NCBI GenBank assembly: GCA_965601925.1
Contig: OZ271854.1
Coordinates: forward strand, 4,128,001 to 4,192,000
Length of the DNA: 64,000 bases
Source: Alkalispirochaeta sp.
Lineage (GTDB): Bacteria > Spirochaetota > Spirochaetia > DSM-27196 > Alkalispirochaetaceae
Direction: 5' to 3'
Position 1 is the stretch's first letter. Every line of letters begins with the position of its first letter. Position numbers and translations under genes: made by a program. The notes below the pieces were generated by a model. It made no database searches. It worked only from the letters and a program-made list of their open reading frames with translations, and was not told where the DNA came from. This document shows positions 38,975-50,080 of this stretch, in pieces.

Positions 38975-39253
38975 ATGGGTAGTAAGTTGTACGTCGGAAA
39001 TCTCAGTTTCCAGACCCAGGAGGTCGACCTTCGTGATCACTTCAGCCAGTACGGCGAGGTGGTATCGGCGAATATCATCACCGATCGCGACACCGGCCGG
39101 TCCCGCGGCTTTGCTTTTGTCGAGATGAGCACCGAAGAAGAGGCGCAGAACGCAGCTTCGGCGCTGAACGGTCAGGATCTTGACGGCCGCCAGCTGAAGG
39201 TGAACGAGGCCAAGCCGCGCACCGATGATCGTCGCGGCGGCGGACGCTGGTAA
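38975..39253 (+). CDS. RRM RNA-binding protein
   Basis: RNP2 LYVGNL, RNP1 RGFAFVEM, Gly-rich tail. Confidence 0.95.
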   Translation: MGSKLYVGNLSFQTQEVDLRDHFSQYGEVVSANIITDRDTGRSRGFAFVEMSTEEEAQNAASALNGQDLDGRQLKVNEAKPRTDDRRGGGRW

Positions 39254-39480
39254 TTTGATTCCGGCGCGGCGACTCGACGAGTCGTCGCGTCCCGTGTACC
39301 CTTGAAGCGGCTCGACTCCACCTCCCGTCGTTGCCGTACTGTCCTCTGAAACGCACAACGCCGGCGAAATAACGCTCGGTTGCTACGGATACCTCTGCGG
39401 CCGTTCCCGACGGCACGACGTGCGACGATTGCGCACGGTCCCGCCGGGACGGCGTGTCCGTCCGATCGTGCGCGTTGTCG

Positions 39481-40587
39481 TCAATCGTCGTCGAGAAAGA
39501 CCATATCTTCGGGACGTGCAATGACGCGCCGTTCGTTATCCCGGCCGAGGATGTCCGAGAGCTCCGAGGAATGGCGCCCTAGCACAGCGCTCAACTCTCT
39601 GCTGCTGAACGAAGAGACGAGTTTGGCGCTATCGTTCACCATGACGACCTCGCCGGCCTCGAAGTTACCCTCTACGGCTATGAGCCCTGTGGGCAGCAGA
39701 CTCTTGTGGTTACGAATTGCGGCGAGCGCGCCGTTGTCGACGCGAATGGTACCGCGCGGCGCGCTGTGGAGTAGCCAGCGCTCGCGATTCTTGAGCGTGC
39801 GTCGTGCCGCAAACAGGGTGCCGACGGACTCATTGCGAATGATGCGCGGCAGCACATCTCGTTCCCGGCCGTGGGCCAACACGACGCGGCATCCGCCGGC
39901 CGAGGCGATCCGTACCGCTTTGAGTTTGGTCGCCATTCCTCCGGTACCGAGGGCCGATCCGGGACGTCCGGCCGCGTCGATCATCTCTTGCGTCACGGCC
40001 TCGACCCTCTCGTGTCGCCGGGCGCCCTGCGCGCGGCGCGGATCTCTGTCGTAGTAGCCGTCCACATCACTTAAAAGGACGAGAAGCGTGGCGTCGACTT
40101 TGCTTGCCACCAGCGCACTGAGCTGGTCGTTGTCCCCGAAGGCCGTCCCTATTTCGGCCGTTGCGACGCTGTCGTTCTCATTGAATATCGGTACGACACC
40201 GAGCTCGAGGAGGCGCTCTACGGCGTTACGCAACTTGACGTAGCTTGAGCGGCCGTCGAGCGCTTCCCGGGTAATGAGCACCTGCGCCGAGCGAATGCCG
40301 AGGGCCGAAAAGGCGTCGCGATAGACGTGCATGAGTATCGGCTGGCCGACGGCGGCGCACGCTTGGCGCAGCACGACATCCTGCACTCGGCCGCGAATAT
40401 CGAGCTCCCGGGCTCCCAACCCGATCGCACCGGAGCTGACGATGCACACCTCCCACTCCTCGGCACGGAGTTCGGACACTTGTCGAGTGATGTCTCCGAT
40501 ATATCGACGATCGAGATCCTCACCGCTCGTTAGCACGTTGGTACCCAGCTTCACCACGACCCGCCGAGTCGCCTCTCCTCGTCCCAT
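39481..40587 (-). CDS. proB: Glutamate 5-kinase
   Basis: VVKLGT, SSGAI, NEND, FGDND and TGGM.TK motifs; PUA domain. Confidence 0.95.
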   Translation of the reverse strand: MGRGEATRRVVVKLGTNVLTSGEDLDRRYIGDITRQVSELRAEEWEVCIVSSGAIGLGARELDIRGRVQDVVLRQACAAVGQPILMHVYRDAFSALGIRSAQVLITREALDGRSSYVKLRNAVERLLELGVVPIFNENDSVATAEIGTAFGDNDQLSALVASKVDATLLVLLSDVDGYYDRDPRRAQGARRHERVEAVTQEMIDAAGRPGSALGTGGMATKLKAVRIASAGGCRVVLAHGRERDVLPRIIRNESVGTLFAARRTLKNRERWLLHSAPRGTIRVDNGALAAIRNHKSLLPTGLIAVEGNFEAGEVVMVNDSAKLVSSFSSRELSAVLGRHSSELSDILGRDNERRVIARPEDMVFLDDD

Positions 40588-41879
40588 TAGTCGAGCGGCA
40601 AATCGCGGTGGGTGAATCGCCGTCCGCCGTCACCGTACTCGGCGACGATATGGCCCTGACCGCGAACGATCCATTTGTAGCTCATGAGTCCGTCGAGTCC
40701 GACCGGCCCCCGCGAATGGATGCGCGCCGTGCTGATGCCGACCTCCGCACCGAGGCCGTAGCGGAACCCGTCGGCAAAGCGCGTGCTCGTATTCCACATA
40801 ACCGAGGCCGAGTCGACTCTTGTCAGGAAGCGCTCCCCGGCTTCGGTGTTTTCGGTCACGATCGCGTCGGTGTGCCCGCTCCCGTAGCGGTTGATGTGAG
40901 CGATCGCCGCGTCCATATCCTCGACAACGCGCACGGAAAGGACGAGATCCAAGTACTCGGTCGCCCAGTCATCGTCGGTCGCCGCCTCCATTGTACGAAC
41001 GATCGCCCTACTCTCGCCGTCGCCGCGTAACGCTACCGAGCGCGCCGCAAGCGCTTCGGCGACCGCGGGTAGGAGGCGCTCGGCGGCGGCTCGATGGACG
41101 AGAAGCGTTTCGGCCGCATTACAGACCGCGACGTATTGCGTCTTGGAATCCACGGTGATCGAGACGGCGCGGTCCAGGTCGGCGTCCCGGTCGAGATAGA
41201 CGTGGCAGATACCGTCGGCGTGGCCCAGAACGGGAATCCGCGTATTGTCCATGATAAAGCGTACGAACTCGTTGGAACCTCGAGGAATCATCAGGTCGAT
41301 ATACTCGTCGAGCGCAAGAAGAGATCGAACGTCCTCGCGCGTCTCGACGAGTTGCAGCCACCCCTCCGGCGCTCCCGCCGCAACACTCGCCTCCGAGACG
41401 ATACGCGCCAGAACGCGGTTGCTCTCCGCCGCCTCGGAGCCACCCTTGAGTACCAATGCGTTGCCGCTCTTAAGCGCCAGAGAGGCGATCTGAATAAGCG
41501 CATCGGGGCGCGACTCAAAAATCATCGCGATAACGCCGATGGGCGTCGTGCGGCGCGTCAAGATGAGCCCGTCGTCCAGTTCGCGCCGGTCCAGTACGCG
41601 GGAGATCGGGTCCTCCAGCCGCGCTACGGCGCGGAGCCCCGCAATCGCCTGGTCCTGCTTAGCGCGATCGAAAACCAGTCGCTTGTATAGCGGTTGGGCG
41701 AGATTTTCCCGTTGTGCACGCTCCAAGTCGGCTTGATTTCCCGCATCGATCTCCGCGCGTCGTTCCTCGATCGCCCGTGCGATCGCTTCCAACGCACCGT
41801 TTCGCAAAACCGAATCGGTGTCCGCAAGGCGACTTCCCGCCTCGCGCGCCGAGCGAACGCGCTCAGTGATTCCCGTCAT
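40587..41879 (-). CDS. proA: Glutamate-5-semialdehyde dehydrogenase
   Basis: FESRP, IPRGS, CNAAETLL, SGHTDAI and GLGAEVGIST motifs. Confidence 0.95.
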   Translation of the reverse strand: MTGITERVRSAREAGSRLADTDSVLRNGALEAIARAIEERRAEIDAGNQADLERAQRENLAQPLYKRLVFDRAKQDQAIAGLRAVARLEDPISRVLDRRELDDGLILTRRTTPIGVIAMIFESRPDALIQIASLALKSGNALVLKGGSEAAESNRVLARIVSEASVAAGAPEGWLQLVETREDVRSLLALDEYIDLMIPRGSNEFVRFIMDNTRIPVLGHADGICHVYLDRDADLDRAVSITVDSKTQYVAVCNAAETLLVHRAAAERLLPAVAEALAARSVALRGDGESRAIVRTMEAATDDDWATEYLDLVLSVRVVEDMDAAIAHINRYGSGHTDAIVTENTEAGERFLTRVDSASVMWNTSTRFADGFRYGLGAEVGISTARIHSRGPVGLDGLMSYKWIVRGQGHIVAEYGDGGRRFTHRDLPLD

Positions 41880-41883
41880 ACCG

Positions 41884-42933
41884 TCATCCCTTCAGCTGTT
41901 CGGCCGTCCAACGGAGAAGCTCATCGGTCTCCTCCCAGTCGATGCACGCGTCGGTGATCGACTGTCCGTAGGTCAACGAACCTCCCCTTTCGGGCATGGT
42001 CTGACGACCCGCAACGATATTGCTCTCGAGCATAAAACCTTTGATCGACCCTCTCCCCTCTACCCGTTGCCGCACGACGCTGGTGAGCACGCGGCGCTGA
42101 TTGGTATGATCCTTCTGGCTGTTGCCGTGGCTGCAATCGACGACGATGTTAAGCGGCAGCTCGCTGTGGTGTAGCATCTCCTCGACGCGCACGATATCCC
42201 AGCTGTTGTAATTCGGTCCCGATCGACCGCCACGCAAGATGACGTGTACCTGGTCATTTCCCGTAGTGTGGATCACGCACGTATCGCCGGACTGGTTGAT
42301 CCCGATGAAACTATGGGAGTGGAGGGAACTCGCCATAGCGTTAAGTGCAACCTCGATCGACCCGTCGGTGCCGTTCTTGAAACCCACCGGCGTCGACAGA
42401 CCGCTGGCCATCTCGCGATGCGTCTGAGACTCGGTGGTACGCGCACCGATCGAGGCCCAGCTCACCAAATCGTCGATATACTGCGGCACGATCGGATCGA
42501 GCATCTCGCTCCCGGTGGAGAGTCCCATATCGTTGATATCGAGAAGAATCTTGCGGGCACGCTCCAACCCACGTTCAATCGCGTAACTCCCGTCCAACTC
42601 CGGGTCGAGAATGAGGCCGCGCCACCCCAATCGCGTACGCGGTTTCTCAAAATAGACGCGCATTACAATATGCAGAACATCCCCTACGTCGGTAGCGAGC
42701 GCGGCAAGACGGCTCGCGTAGTCGAGCGCCGCATCGGTATCGTGAATGGAGCACGGCCCCACGATCGCCATCATACGATCGTCCCGTCCGCAGAGAATAT
42801 CACCGATTGCACGGCGACTCTCGACGACCGTAGCCGCGCTCGACGAAGAGAGCGGCAGGCGGCGCTTGAGTTGCTCCGGCGCCAGCAGAGGAACCTCCTC
42901 GCGGACGCGAACATTGCTCGTCTTTTCGTTCAT
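41884..42933 (-). CDS. 3-deoxy-7-phosphoheptulonate (DAHP) synthase, class I alpha
   Basis: GPCSIHD, RVYFEKPRT, IGARTTESQ, FKNGTDG and DCSHGNS motifs; start chosen at MNEK. Confidence 0.95.
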   Translation of the reverse strand: MNEKTSNVRVREEVPLLAPEQLKRRLPLSSSSAATVVESRRAIGDILCGRDDRMMAIVGPCSIHDTDAALDYASRLAALATDVGDVLHIVMRVYFEKPRTRLGWRGLILDPELDGSYAIERGLERARKILLDINDMGLSTGSEMLDPIVPQYIDDLVSWASIGARTTESQTHREMASGLSTPVGFKNGTDGSIEVALNAMASSLHSHSFIGINQSGDTCVIHTTGNDQVHVILRGGRSGPNYNSWDIVRVEEMLHHSELPLNIVVDCSHGNSQKDHTNQRRVLTSVVRQRVEGRGSIKGFMLESNIVAGRQTMPERGGSLTYGQSITDACIDWEETDELLRWTAEQLKG

Positions 42934-43320
42934 GGTCAACACCTCGAAGATCCTTTCAATCGTACCGGGACGCACATCTCGCTCCTCGTCCCCGAGCGTC
43001 ATCGACGAACGTACCATCCCGGTTTTGCGACGATTGTACATCCCACCTTCGAGCGTGCACGATCGCCGAATCATGGTCATACAGTACGATCTTCCCCGGC
43101 CCTAAGGCAACGCCGTCGAAGCGCCGAAGCGCCGAAACGCCACGCCGCGGCATCGGCCGATCTCGCCGGTAGCGGCCGCATCCCGGAAGCCGGCGGTGAC
43201 GCCCGCCCAACGGACGAGGCGTGGACTTCGCGTCGACGGAAGTATCACTCGACACCGACGACCGTACCGTAGGACGCGTCGCCCCTTGCCTTGCACCCGC
43301 CCATGTGGTACCAATTCGCC

Positions 43321-44706
43321 ATGGATCACATCGGCAGACCGCGGATCGCGGCCCTCCGTCGGTCCGAACCGTCGAACGACGCGATTGACGTATACGCGTG
43401 GGTACGCACGAAACGAGACGCAAAAAACGTCTGTTTCTTCGAACTCAACGACGGATCGAGCCTCAAGGGACTACAGGCGATTATCGACAAAGAGCGCTAC
43501 GATTTGCAGGACGCAATCGACCGCATGCAGACGGGCTCAAGCGTTCGCGCCCGCGGTACATTGGTCGAGTCGCCGGGCAAAGGGCAGACGGTAGAGCTCG
43601 CCTGCTCGGAGCTGGAAATCATCGGTGAAGCGCCGGCTGAGACGTATCCGCTCCAGAAAAAGCGCCATAGCTTCGAGTTCCTCCGCGATATCGCCCACCT
43701 TCGGGGACGCACGAATACCTTCGGGGCGGTCATGCGGGTGCGTAACCGCTTGAGTGTCGCCGTCCATCGCTTTTTCCAGGATCGCGGGTTTCTCTATCTG
43801 CACACACCGATTATCACCGCCGGCGACGCCGAGGGGGCCGGTGCGCTGTTTCGAGTGACGACCCATGATCCGGAAGGAGCCGCCGCGTACGAGGCCGAGA
43901 AGGACTTTTTCGGCAAAGCAGCTTTCTTGACCGTCAGCGGTCAACTCAACGCCGAGGCGTATGCGACGGCGCTGGAACGCGTATACACTTTCGGGCCGAC
44001 ATTCCGTGCGGAACACTCCAACACTACTCGTCACCTGGCCGAGTTTTGGATGATCGAGCCGGAGATGGCCTTTTGTGAGTTGGAGTGCAACGTCGAGCTC
44101 GCATGCGAGTTCGTGCGATTCCTACTGTCCGACGTTCTGGAACACTGCGTCGAGGATATGGAGTTCTTCGACCAGCGCATCGAGAAGGGTATCGTCGCCG
44201 ATCTGGCGCGCGTTGCGAAGAGCGACTTTCGTCATATCACCTACGACGAGGCGATCACGGCGCTGGAACGGAGCGGACGCCGATTTGAGTTTCCCGTGGA
44301 ATGGGGGATCGACCTCCAGACCGAACACGAGCGCCATCTCACCGACGAGTACGTCGGCGGTCCGGTCGCGGTAACCGACTATCCTCGAGACATCAAGGCG
44401 TTTTATATGAAGCAGAATGGAGACGGAAAAACGGTGCGTGCCATGGATGTTCTGGTTCCGCGCCTCGGGGAAATCATCGGCGGGAGCCAACGCGAGGACG
44501 ATCTTGCGGCCCTGGAACGTCGGATAGACGAACTGGGACTCGATCGGGCAACCTACGACTGGTACCTCGATCTGAGGCGTTTCGGCACGGTGCCCCACTC
44601 CGGGTTCGGCCTCGGATTCGAACGCATGGTACGGTACGTGACCGGCATGCAGAACATACGGGATGTCATTCCCTTTCCGCGCGCCGTGGGGAGCGCCGAG
44701 TTTTAA
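43321..44706 (+). CDS. asnS: Asparagine--tRNA ligase
   Basis: [38 protein letters not shown] and GFGLGFER motifs. Confidence 0.95.
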   Translation: MDHIGRPRIAALRRSEPSNDAIDVYAWVRTKRDAKNVCFFELNDGSSLKGLQAIIDKERYDLQDAIDRMQTGSSVRARGTLVESPGKGQTVELACSELEIIGEAPAETYPLQKKRHSFEFLRDIAHLRGRTNTFGAVMRVRNRLSVAVHRFFQDRGFLYLHTPIITAGDAEGAGALFRVTTHDPEGAAAYEAEKDFFGKAAFLTVSGQLNAEAYATALERVYTFGPTFRAEHSNTTRHLAEFWMIEPEMAFCELECNVELACEFVRFLLSDVLEHCVEDMEFFDQRIEKGIVADLARVAKSDFRHITYDEAITALERSGRRFEFPVEWGIDLQTEHERHLTDEYVGGPVAVTDYPRDIKAFYMKQNGDGKTVRAMDVLVPRLGEIIGGSQREDDLAALERRIDELGLDRATYDWYLDLRRFGTVPHSGFGLGFERMVRYVTGMQNIRDVIPFPRAVGSAEF

Positions 44707-44716
44707 GGAGCGAGTC

Positions 44717-45178
44717 GTGACCAAGCGTATCGCCCTCGTGGCGCACGATAATCGAAAGAAGGATCTCGTCGAGTGGGTGGAATGGAACTACGAGAATCTC
44801 ATTCAGCACCACCTCATCTGTACGGGAACGACGGGATCTCTCGTCGACGAGGCTATCGCGAAGAAGCTCGATCTCAGCGATACCCGCTCATATCGGATCA
44901 CAAAGCTGAAATCCGGCCCCTTAGGCGGAGATCAGCAGCTCGGGGCGATGATCTGCGAAGGCGAAATCGATATGATGATCTTTCTGTGGGACCCGATGGA
45001 GCCGCAGCCTCATGACGTCGATGTAAAGGCGCTCCTACGGATTGCGGTACTCTACAACCTCCCGATCGCCAACAATCGTTCAACGGCCGACTTTCTCATC
45101 TCCTCGCCGCTCTTCACCCGTGAATACCGCCCGATTCTCAAAGACTACGCGGCGTACATCAAGCGCTTCTCCGGATAA
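44717..45178 (+). CDS. mgsA: Methylglyoxal synthase
   Basis: ALVAHD, TGTTG, SGPLGGDQQ and PHDVDVKAL motifs. Confidence 0.95.
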   Translation: MTKRIALVAHDNRKKDLVEWVEWNYENLIQHHLICTGTTGSLVDEAIAKKLDLSDTRSYRITKLKSGPLGGDQQLGAMICEGEIDMMIFLWDPMEPQPHDVDVKALLRIAVLYNLPIANNRSTADFLISSPLFTREYRPILKDYAAYIKRFSG

Positions 45179-45220
45179 TCGCGGGCAAAAACACACCGCG
45201 TCTACCTCAGAGCGGGACGC

Positions 45221-46345
45221 TCAATACGATTCGGCTCTCGATTTCGCGATGTACCGACCAAACTCGCGTAACGCATCGGGCAAACTTCGGCGCCCGAATC
45301 CGACTCGTACGCAGTGGTACGTCTCTCCATAGAGCGTCCCGGGAAGTAACAACACCCCGGCCTCGCGCACCAGATCCTCGCAAAAGGCATCGACGGAGCG
45401 ACCGACATATCGGGGAAATGCGATCGAACCGGCTTTAGGACGGTACCAATCGAGGACACCTTCGAAACGTTTAAAAAACGCATCCAACCGAGTGAGGTTG
45501 TCTCTCAATATCTCGAGATTACGATCGATAATCGTTTGCCCGTTCCTCAGCGCGAGTGAGGCTAAATACTCGCTCGGTGCACTATTGCAGATGGACGTGT
45601 AGTCCTTGAACGCCGCCGATTTCTCGTACAATTCCACGTTCCTCGTCGCGATCCATCCGATTCGGAGTCCCGCCAGGCCATAGGTCTTCGACATCACCGA
45701 AATCGAGACCGATCGTTCGTTTATGTCCGCGAAAGCGGGCAATCGATCCGTGGGATCGTACTCCAGGCCGCGGTACACCTCATCCGAGAAGACGATAAAC
45801 CCGTGCGTGTCCGCAAGAACCGAAAGCTCGTGCAAAAAATCCGATGAAGGAAGAAAGCCGGTCGGATTGTGGGGGAAGTTGACAACGACGACCGACGTCC
45901 GATCGGTTACATTGTCGCGCACAAATTGTAGATCTAACCCCCAGTCTTGATCCGGGTCGCCCTTCCATTCGATCACCTCTGCGCCAATCCGGCGTGCGAT
46001 CGCGCCGAGGGATTGATAGTAGGGTGAGTGCACGATAACGCGGTCGCCCGGTTGAACGACGACGTTCATGAAATTGAATATCGCCTCCTCTGCTCCGGCG
46101 TGGACGAGAACGTGGTCCGGCGAGAGCGTATCGTAGAGCTTTGCTATCTCGGACCGCAACGCGGGATCCCCCCGGGACTCCGTGTATCCCAGTCGGAGCG
46201 TCGATAACGAATCGGTCGATCCCGACTCCAAGGAGAGCAGTTCACCGACGGACATGCTTTCGCAGTCGGAGCCGCACAGCAGAAACGGAGCGGAAAACTC
46301 ATACTTGGCAAAATAGCGCTCAAGATGAAATGGTTCGAGATTCAT
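45221..46345 (-). CDS. PLP-dependent aminotransferase class I/II
   Basis: NFPHNPTG, SDEVY and MSKTYGLAGLRIGW motifs. Confidence 0.9.
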   Translation of the reverse strand: MNLEPFHLERYFAKYEFSAPFLLCGSDCESMSVGELLSLESGSTDSLSTLRLGYTESRGDPALRSEIAKLYDTLSPDHVLVHAGAEEAIFNFMNVVVQPGDRVIVHSPYYQSLGAIARRIGAEVIEWKGDPDQDWGLDLQFVRDNVTDRTSVVVVNFPHNPTGFLPSSDFLHELSVLADTHGFIVFSDEVYRGLEYDPTDRLPAFADINERSVSISVMSKTYGLAGLRIGWIATRNVELYEKSAAFKDYTSICNSAPSEYLASLALRNGQTIIDRNLEILRDNLTRLDAFFKRFEGVLDWYRPKAGSIAFPRYVGRSVDAFCEDLVREAGVLLLPGTLYGETYHCVRVGFGRRSLPDALREFGRYIAKSRAESY

Positions 46346-46730
46346 TCGGTCGGTAGTGTATCACAGATGCACGATCATTCTACGCGCCGCCACCCTGCGA
46401 TCGACATCTCTCGAAGGAATGGGAGCCGTCGTTTAACGTGTAAACGGCCGTCGTCCCCAGCGTGTACGCAAAGCCCGCGACGCTGCCCGTCAACGAGTCG
46501 GACTCCGGCGTGTGCGTGTAGAGCGGGTTATGTATTCCGTGATCACGGAGTCCGGTGAGCGTGTTCGAGTCTCGGGTCTACATCCGCGATCTCCAATCCC
46601 CAACGACGGCAACGCGTCAGAAAGCAACGGTTGCGCGCCGACGCGAACGGACAAGCACGGTACGATCACGGCCTCTTACCCCCAATCGACTCCGCTCGTA
46701 GAACAGCCGATTTCGAAGCGCGAGAGATAC

Positions 46731-46760
46731 AAAAAACGCCGCGGCACGGGTGCCGCGGCG
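46731..46760 (-). terminator. Rho-independent terminator of fprA
   Basis: Minus strand CGCCGCGGCAC..GTGCCGCGGCG followed by TTTTTT, ~35 nt after the stop. Confidence 0.85.
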
Positions 46761-46793
46761 CTGCTCGTTTTCAGTAGCGGAGAAAAGTGTCGC

Positions 46794-48026
46794 TCAGGCG
46801 CCGACGGTCACCCACTCTTTGACTTTGACCGCGAGCTCTTTTCCGCGACGGAAGATGAGATCGAGGTCGTCTTGGGTGGGAGCCCCTTTGAACTCCACCG
46901 GCTCCAAAAAGTCCCAACCCATCTTGTAGCGCGCCTGGATCTCGTCGAGCTCCTTCTGCGCGCCCCCGGACCAGCCGTAACTGCCGAAGCGAAATGCCTT
47001 GCGGTTTAGCGCCTTCTTACGCCCCAACTCGTCCACGACGACCGCCATGGGGGCGAACATCTTGTACTCGTAGGTCGGCATACCGAGGACGACTCCGCTC
47101 GAGTTCCACACGTCGCGCTGGATGTAGGAGTAGTGCGTCTCCGGCACACGGTGAACGTTCACCTTGATGCCTTCGCTCTTGATACCCTCGACGACCGGAT
47201 CGACGCCGCGTTCGGTATTGCCGTACATCGAGCCCCAAATGACGGTTATCTCTTCCTTTGCCGGTCCCTTGCTGTAGGCGGCGTAGCGCTTATAGTCGTC
47301 GATAATCTTCTGCGGATTCTTGCGCCACACAATGCCGTGACCGGGAGCGATAATCTTGACCGGGAGGCTCTCGGTCTTAATGACCGCCTTCTTGGCCGGC
47401 GCCGAGTACGCGCCGACGATGTTGGCGTAGTAACGCGTGGCCTCCTCCTCAAAAAAGTCGATCTCCTCGGCCGAAAGCTGATCGTCGTACGGCGAGTCGG
47501 TAATCGCGCCGAAGGCGCCGAAGGCGTCGCAGGGGAAAAGCGTTCCCGTCTTCGTGTCGAACGTCGCCATCGTCTCGGGCCAGTGTACGTTGGGAATCTC
47601 CTCGAAAGCGAGGACGCGCCCCGCGCCGAGGTCCAGCGTGTCACCGGACTTCACGATCTGCACGTCGTTCTCGATCTGGTAAAAGGATTCCAGCAGCACC
47701 TTGGCTTTGGCGGTCGTTACGATCTTGAAATCGGGACGAATCTTTTTGAAGTCCTTCAGCCAGCCTGAGTGGTCGGGCTCCATGTGGTTGATGATGACGT
47801 AATCGATGTCCTCGGCCTTGACGTCCATCTGCTCAAACTGATCGAAGAGTATCTGCGGCGTTCCGTCCCAGTCGCACACACCGTCGATAATCGCCACCTT
47901 CTCGCCTTTGACGATATAAGAGTTCATCGAGAAGCCGTGGGGAATCGGCCACATGCCTTCGAAGAGAATATCGTGTACGTTCGCCGAGAGACGCCATACG
48001 CCGTCGGTCACCTTTGTCGTCTGCAT
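46794..48026 (-). CDS. fprA: Flavodiiron protein (FprA family A-type flavoprotein)
   Basis: NHMEPDHSG, HWPE and CDAFG motifs; flavodoxin SMYGNT and FGSYGWSG. Confidence 0.95.
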   Translation of the reverse strand: MQTTKVTDGVWRLSANVHDILFEGMWPIPHGFSMNSYIVKGEKVAIIDGVCDWDGTPQILFDQFEQMDVKAEDIDYVIINHMEPDHSGWLKDFKKIRPDFKIVTTAKAKVLLESFYQIENDVQIVKSGDTLDLGAGRVLAFEEIPNVHWPETMATFDTKTGTLFPCDAFGAFGAITDSPYDDQLSAEEIDFFEEEATRYYANIVGAYSAPAKKAVIKTESLPVKIIAPGHGIVWRKNPQKIIDDYKRYAAYSKGPAKEEITVIWGSMYGNTERGVDPVVEGIKSEGIKVNVHRVPETHYSYIQRDVWNSSGVVLGMPTYEYKMFAPMAVVVDELGRKKALNRKAFRFGSYGWSGGAQKELDEIQARYKMGWDFLEPVEFKGAPTQDDLDLIFRRGKELAVKVKEWVTVGA

Positions 48027-48106
48027 AATCCCGTCCTCATTTGTCTGTTTTTCGACGTCGATTCTCGGTTCGAGACCGGGAACCGCTCATTCTTTATCGA
48101 TTTACT

Positions 48107-48142
48107 TTACAATAATGTAATACCGCTCAGGATCTATTGCAA
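48107..48142 (-). promoter_or_regulatory. Putative fprA promoter with an inverted repeat over the -10
   Basis: TTGCAA, 17 bp, TACATT on the minus strand; TTACA-ATAA-TGTAA at 48107-48120. Confidence 0.5.
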
Positions 48143-48156
48143 GATCAAACGGGTCG

Positions 48157-48651
48157 CTACGCGCGAGCCAGAAAGCGGTCCAACGCGTCGGCAAACGCCT
48201 TGAGTTCTCGCTTGCCGAAGCTTCGCGTCCGGCTCATGACCTCCAGCCCCGAAGAGCGTATCGCCTCGCCCGCGTCGCGTAGGGATCGACGCTCTCCGAT
48301 AGTTGCGGCGTCAAAGAGCGTGCCGCGATCGTTCATCGCGTACGCGCCCTTATCGAGTACCGCTTCAGCCAAAGGAATGTCGCGGGTGACGATCAAGACG
48401 ACACCCCGGCCGCCGCGAGGGAGGTCCGCCGTCTCCGATACGCTATCGTCTCCCAATCGGCGAAGGATCTCCTCGTCGACGGTAGTATCCCGCACCACGA
48501 TCAGCTCTACCGGAGGAGGAGCGTCGATGCGACGATTGGCCAGAAAGACGACATCGACACCGGGACGGGAGGAAGTCTTGGCCAGGAGGCGTCGCACCTC
48601 TACCGGACACGAATCGGCGTCGAGAAGAATCGTCACCCCTTCTTCATTCAT
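48157..48651 (-). CDS. YaiI/YqxD (DUF188) family protein
   Basis: LDADSCPV and VTRDIPLA motifs; C-terminal F..ALDR. Confidence 0.85.
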   Translation of the reverse strand: MNEEGVTILLDADSCPVEVRRLLAKTSSRPGVDVVFLANRRIDAPPPVELIVVRDTTVDEEILRRLGDDSVSETADLPRGGRGVVLIVTRDIPLAEAVLDKGAYAMNDRGTLFDAATIGERRSLRDAGEAIRSSGLEVMSRTRSFGKRELKAFADALDRFLARA

Positions 48652-49993
48652 TGTCGGCGCCTCCGACCGGGGAGACGTCGACGACACCGGGGAGAGCCGC
48701 GACAAAAGCCTCTGCGCCGGCGGTCGGCGAAACGAGGATCGCGTCGGTGGCGTGATCGACAAATGCCGATTCGGTCGGCGCGAGGGTGATCGTCTCCGCG
48801 TCTCGATCTCCGGACGCCGCCGCCCGGACGCCGACCGTACCGCCGATCGCCAGAATCACCATGGGACCCTCTGCTTTAGCAAGGTGTCGAGGCGACGGCG
48901 CGTCTCCGAGCCCCTCGCGCACGGACAGGCGGGTAAGCTCAAACTCGCTCGCGGTGGTACGATACCGATAGGATTCGCCGTCGCCGGACAGACGCGGCGC
49001 CGCCCTCCCCTCGAAGGTCAGGGCGCGGGCAAGCTCGTCCGGGTCCACGTGTTTAACGGTACACCCCGATCGCAGCACGTTGTCCGAGTTCGCCATGATC
49101 TCGATCCCCGCACCGTAGAGATAGGCGTGGAGCAGCCCCGCCTCCAGATACATCGCTTCCGCGCGACGCAAATGGACGAGATTGAGATACAACGGCGCCG
49201 CCGCTCCGGGATCGTCCGGAAACTGGCGCATAAGCTCGCCGACCCACCAGTAGCGATCGTCACGGTCCGTCCCCGACCGTGCGTTCGGCCGCGAAGCGAT
49301 GTACCGCGCAAGCGCCTCGACCATGTCACCCCGCTCCTCGGTTGAAGAACCGGCGCGCAACACCTCGAGAAATACCTCGCGCCACCGGTTCCAGGAGGGC
49401 GACGTCTCCAGCAGACCGATCCGCTCCCGCAGCTCCTTGAGTCGGCCGTCCGCAAAATGCGCACTCCAGGCGACCATCTCACCGACTACCTCGTCCAAGG
49501 GGCGAAATCCGCGCAGCCCCCAGAAGTCGCCGAGGGCACATATGAGCTCCGGTTTATGGTTACGATCTCGATAGTTACGGTGGGGCGCATCCAAGGCGAT
49601 ACCGGCACGATTCTCGCGCTCATACCCGTCCGCGGCCTGGCGGCGACTCGGATGCGCCTGGATCGAGAGCCCCATCTCGGCGGTGAGTATCTTGAACAGA
49701 AAGGGCACACTCGGCGCCGTCCCTGCGGGAAGGAGATCCAGAGCCGCCTCTCCCAATATCTCCGCTGGGGCGCGGGCGATGAGTTCATCCAGCCCGACCG
49801 CCTCGCCATCGGATAGGACGACGGCGCTCGGTCCTCGGGGGTGCGAACCCATCCACAGCTCGGCCTCGCGCTCGTCGGTGGCGTTCGACGCGGTCCGTTC
49901 CAAAGGGCTCCCGGCGGCGCGTAACGCGGCGAGCATGGAGGTGCTCCCCCATGCGTAGTGTTGTACCGTGTTGATCATTCGATAGATCGCCAT
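48644..49993 (-). CDS. manA: Mannose-6-phosphate isomerase, class I
   Basis: YAWGS, AELWMG.HP, LSIQAHP, NHKPE, HAYL and EIMANSDNVLR motifs. Confidence 0.95.
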   Translation of the reverse strand: MAIYRMINTVQHYAWGSTSMLAALRAAGSPLERTASNATDEREAELWMGSHPRGPSAVVLSDGEAVGLDELIARAPAEILGEAALDLLPAGTAPSVPFLFKILTAEMGLSIQAHPSRRQAADGYERENRAGIALDAPHRNYRDRNHKPELICALGDFWGLRGFRPLDEVVGEMVAWSAHFADGRLKELRERIGLLETSPSWNRWREVFLEVLRAGSSTEERGDMVEALARYIASRPNARSGTDRDDRYWWVGELMRQFPDDPGAAAPLYLNLVHLRRAEAMYLEAGLLHAYLYGAGIEIMANSDNVLRSGCTVKHVDPDELARALTFEGRAAPRLSGDGESYRYRTTASEFELTRLSVREGLGDAPSPRHLAKAEGPMVILAIGGTVGVRAAASGDRDAETITLAPTESAFVDHATDAILVSPTAGAEAFVAALPGVVDVSPVGGADNE

Positions 49994-50080
49994 ATCCGGA
50001 ATGCTATGGTGTAGGTTGTCGGCGGTCAAGGCGCCTCGTATTGCAACGTACGTGTACGCAACACTACAATGACCCACGCC

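Noticed and set aside
46346..46730. Long intergenic gap as a possible ncRNA
   Set aside because: Only short generic GC hairpins; no recognisable riboswitch or RNA motif.
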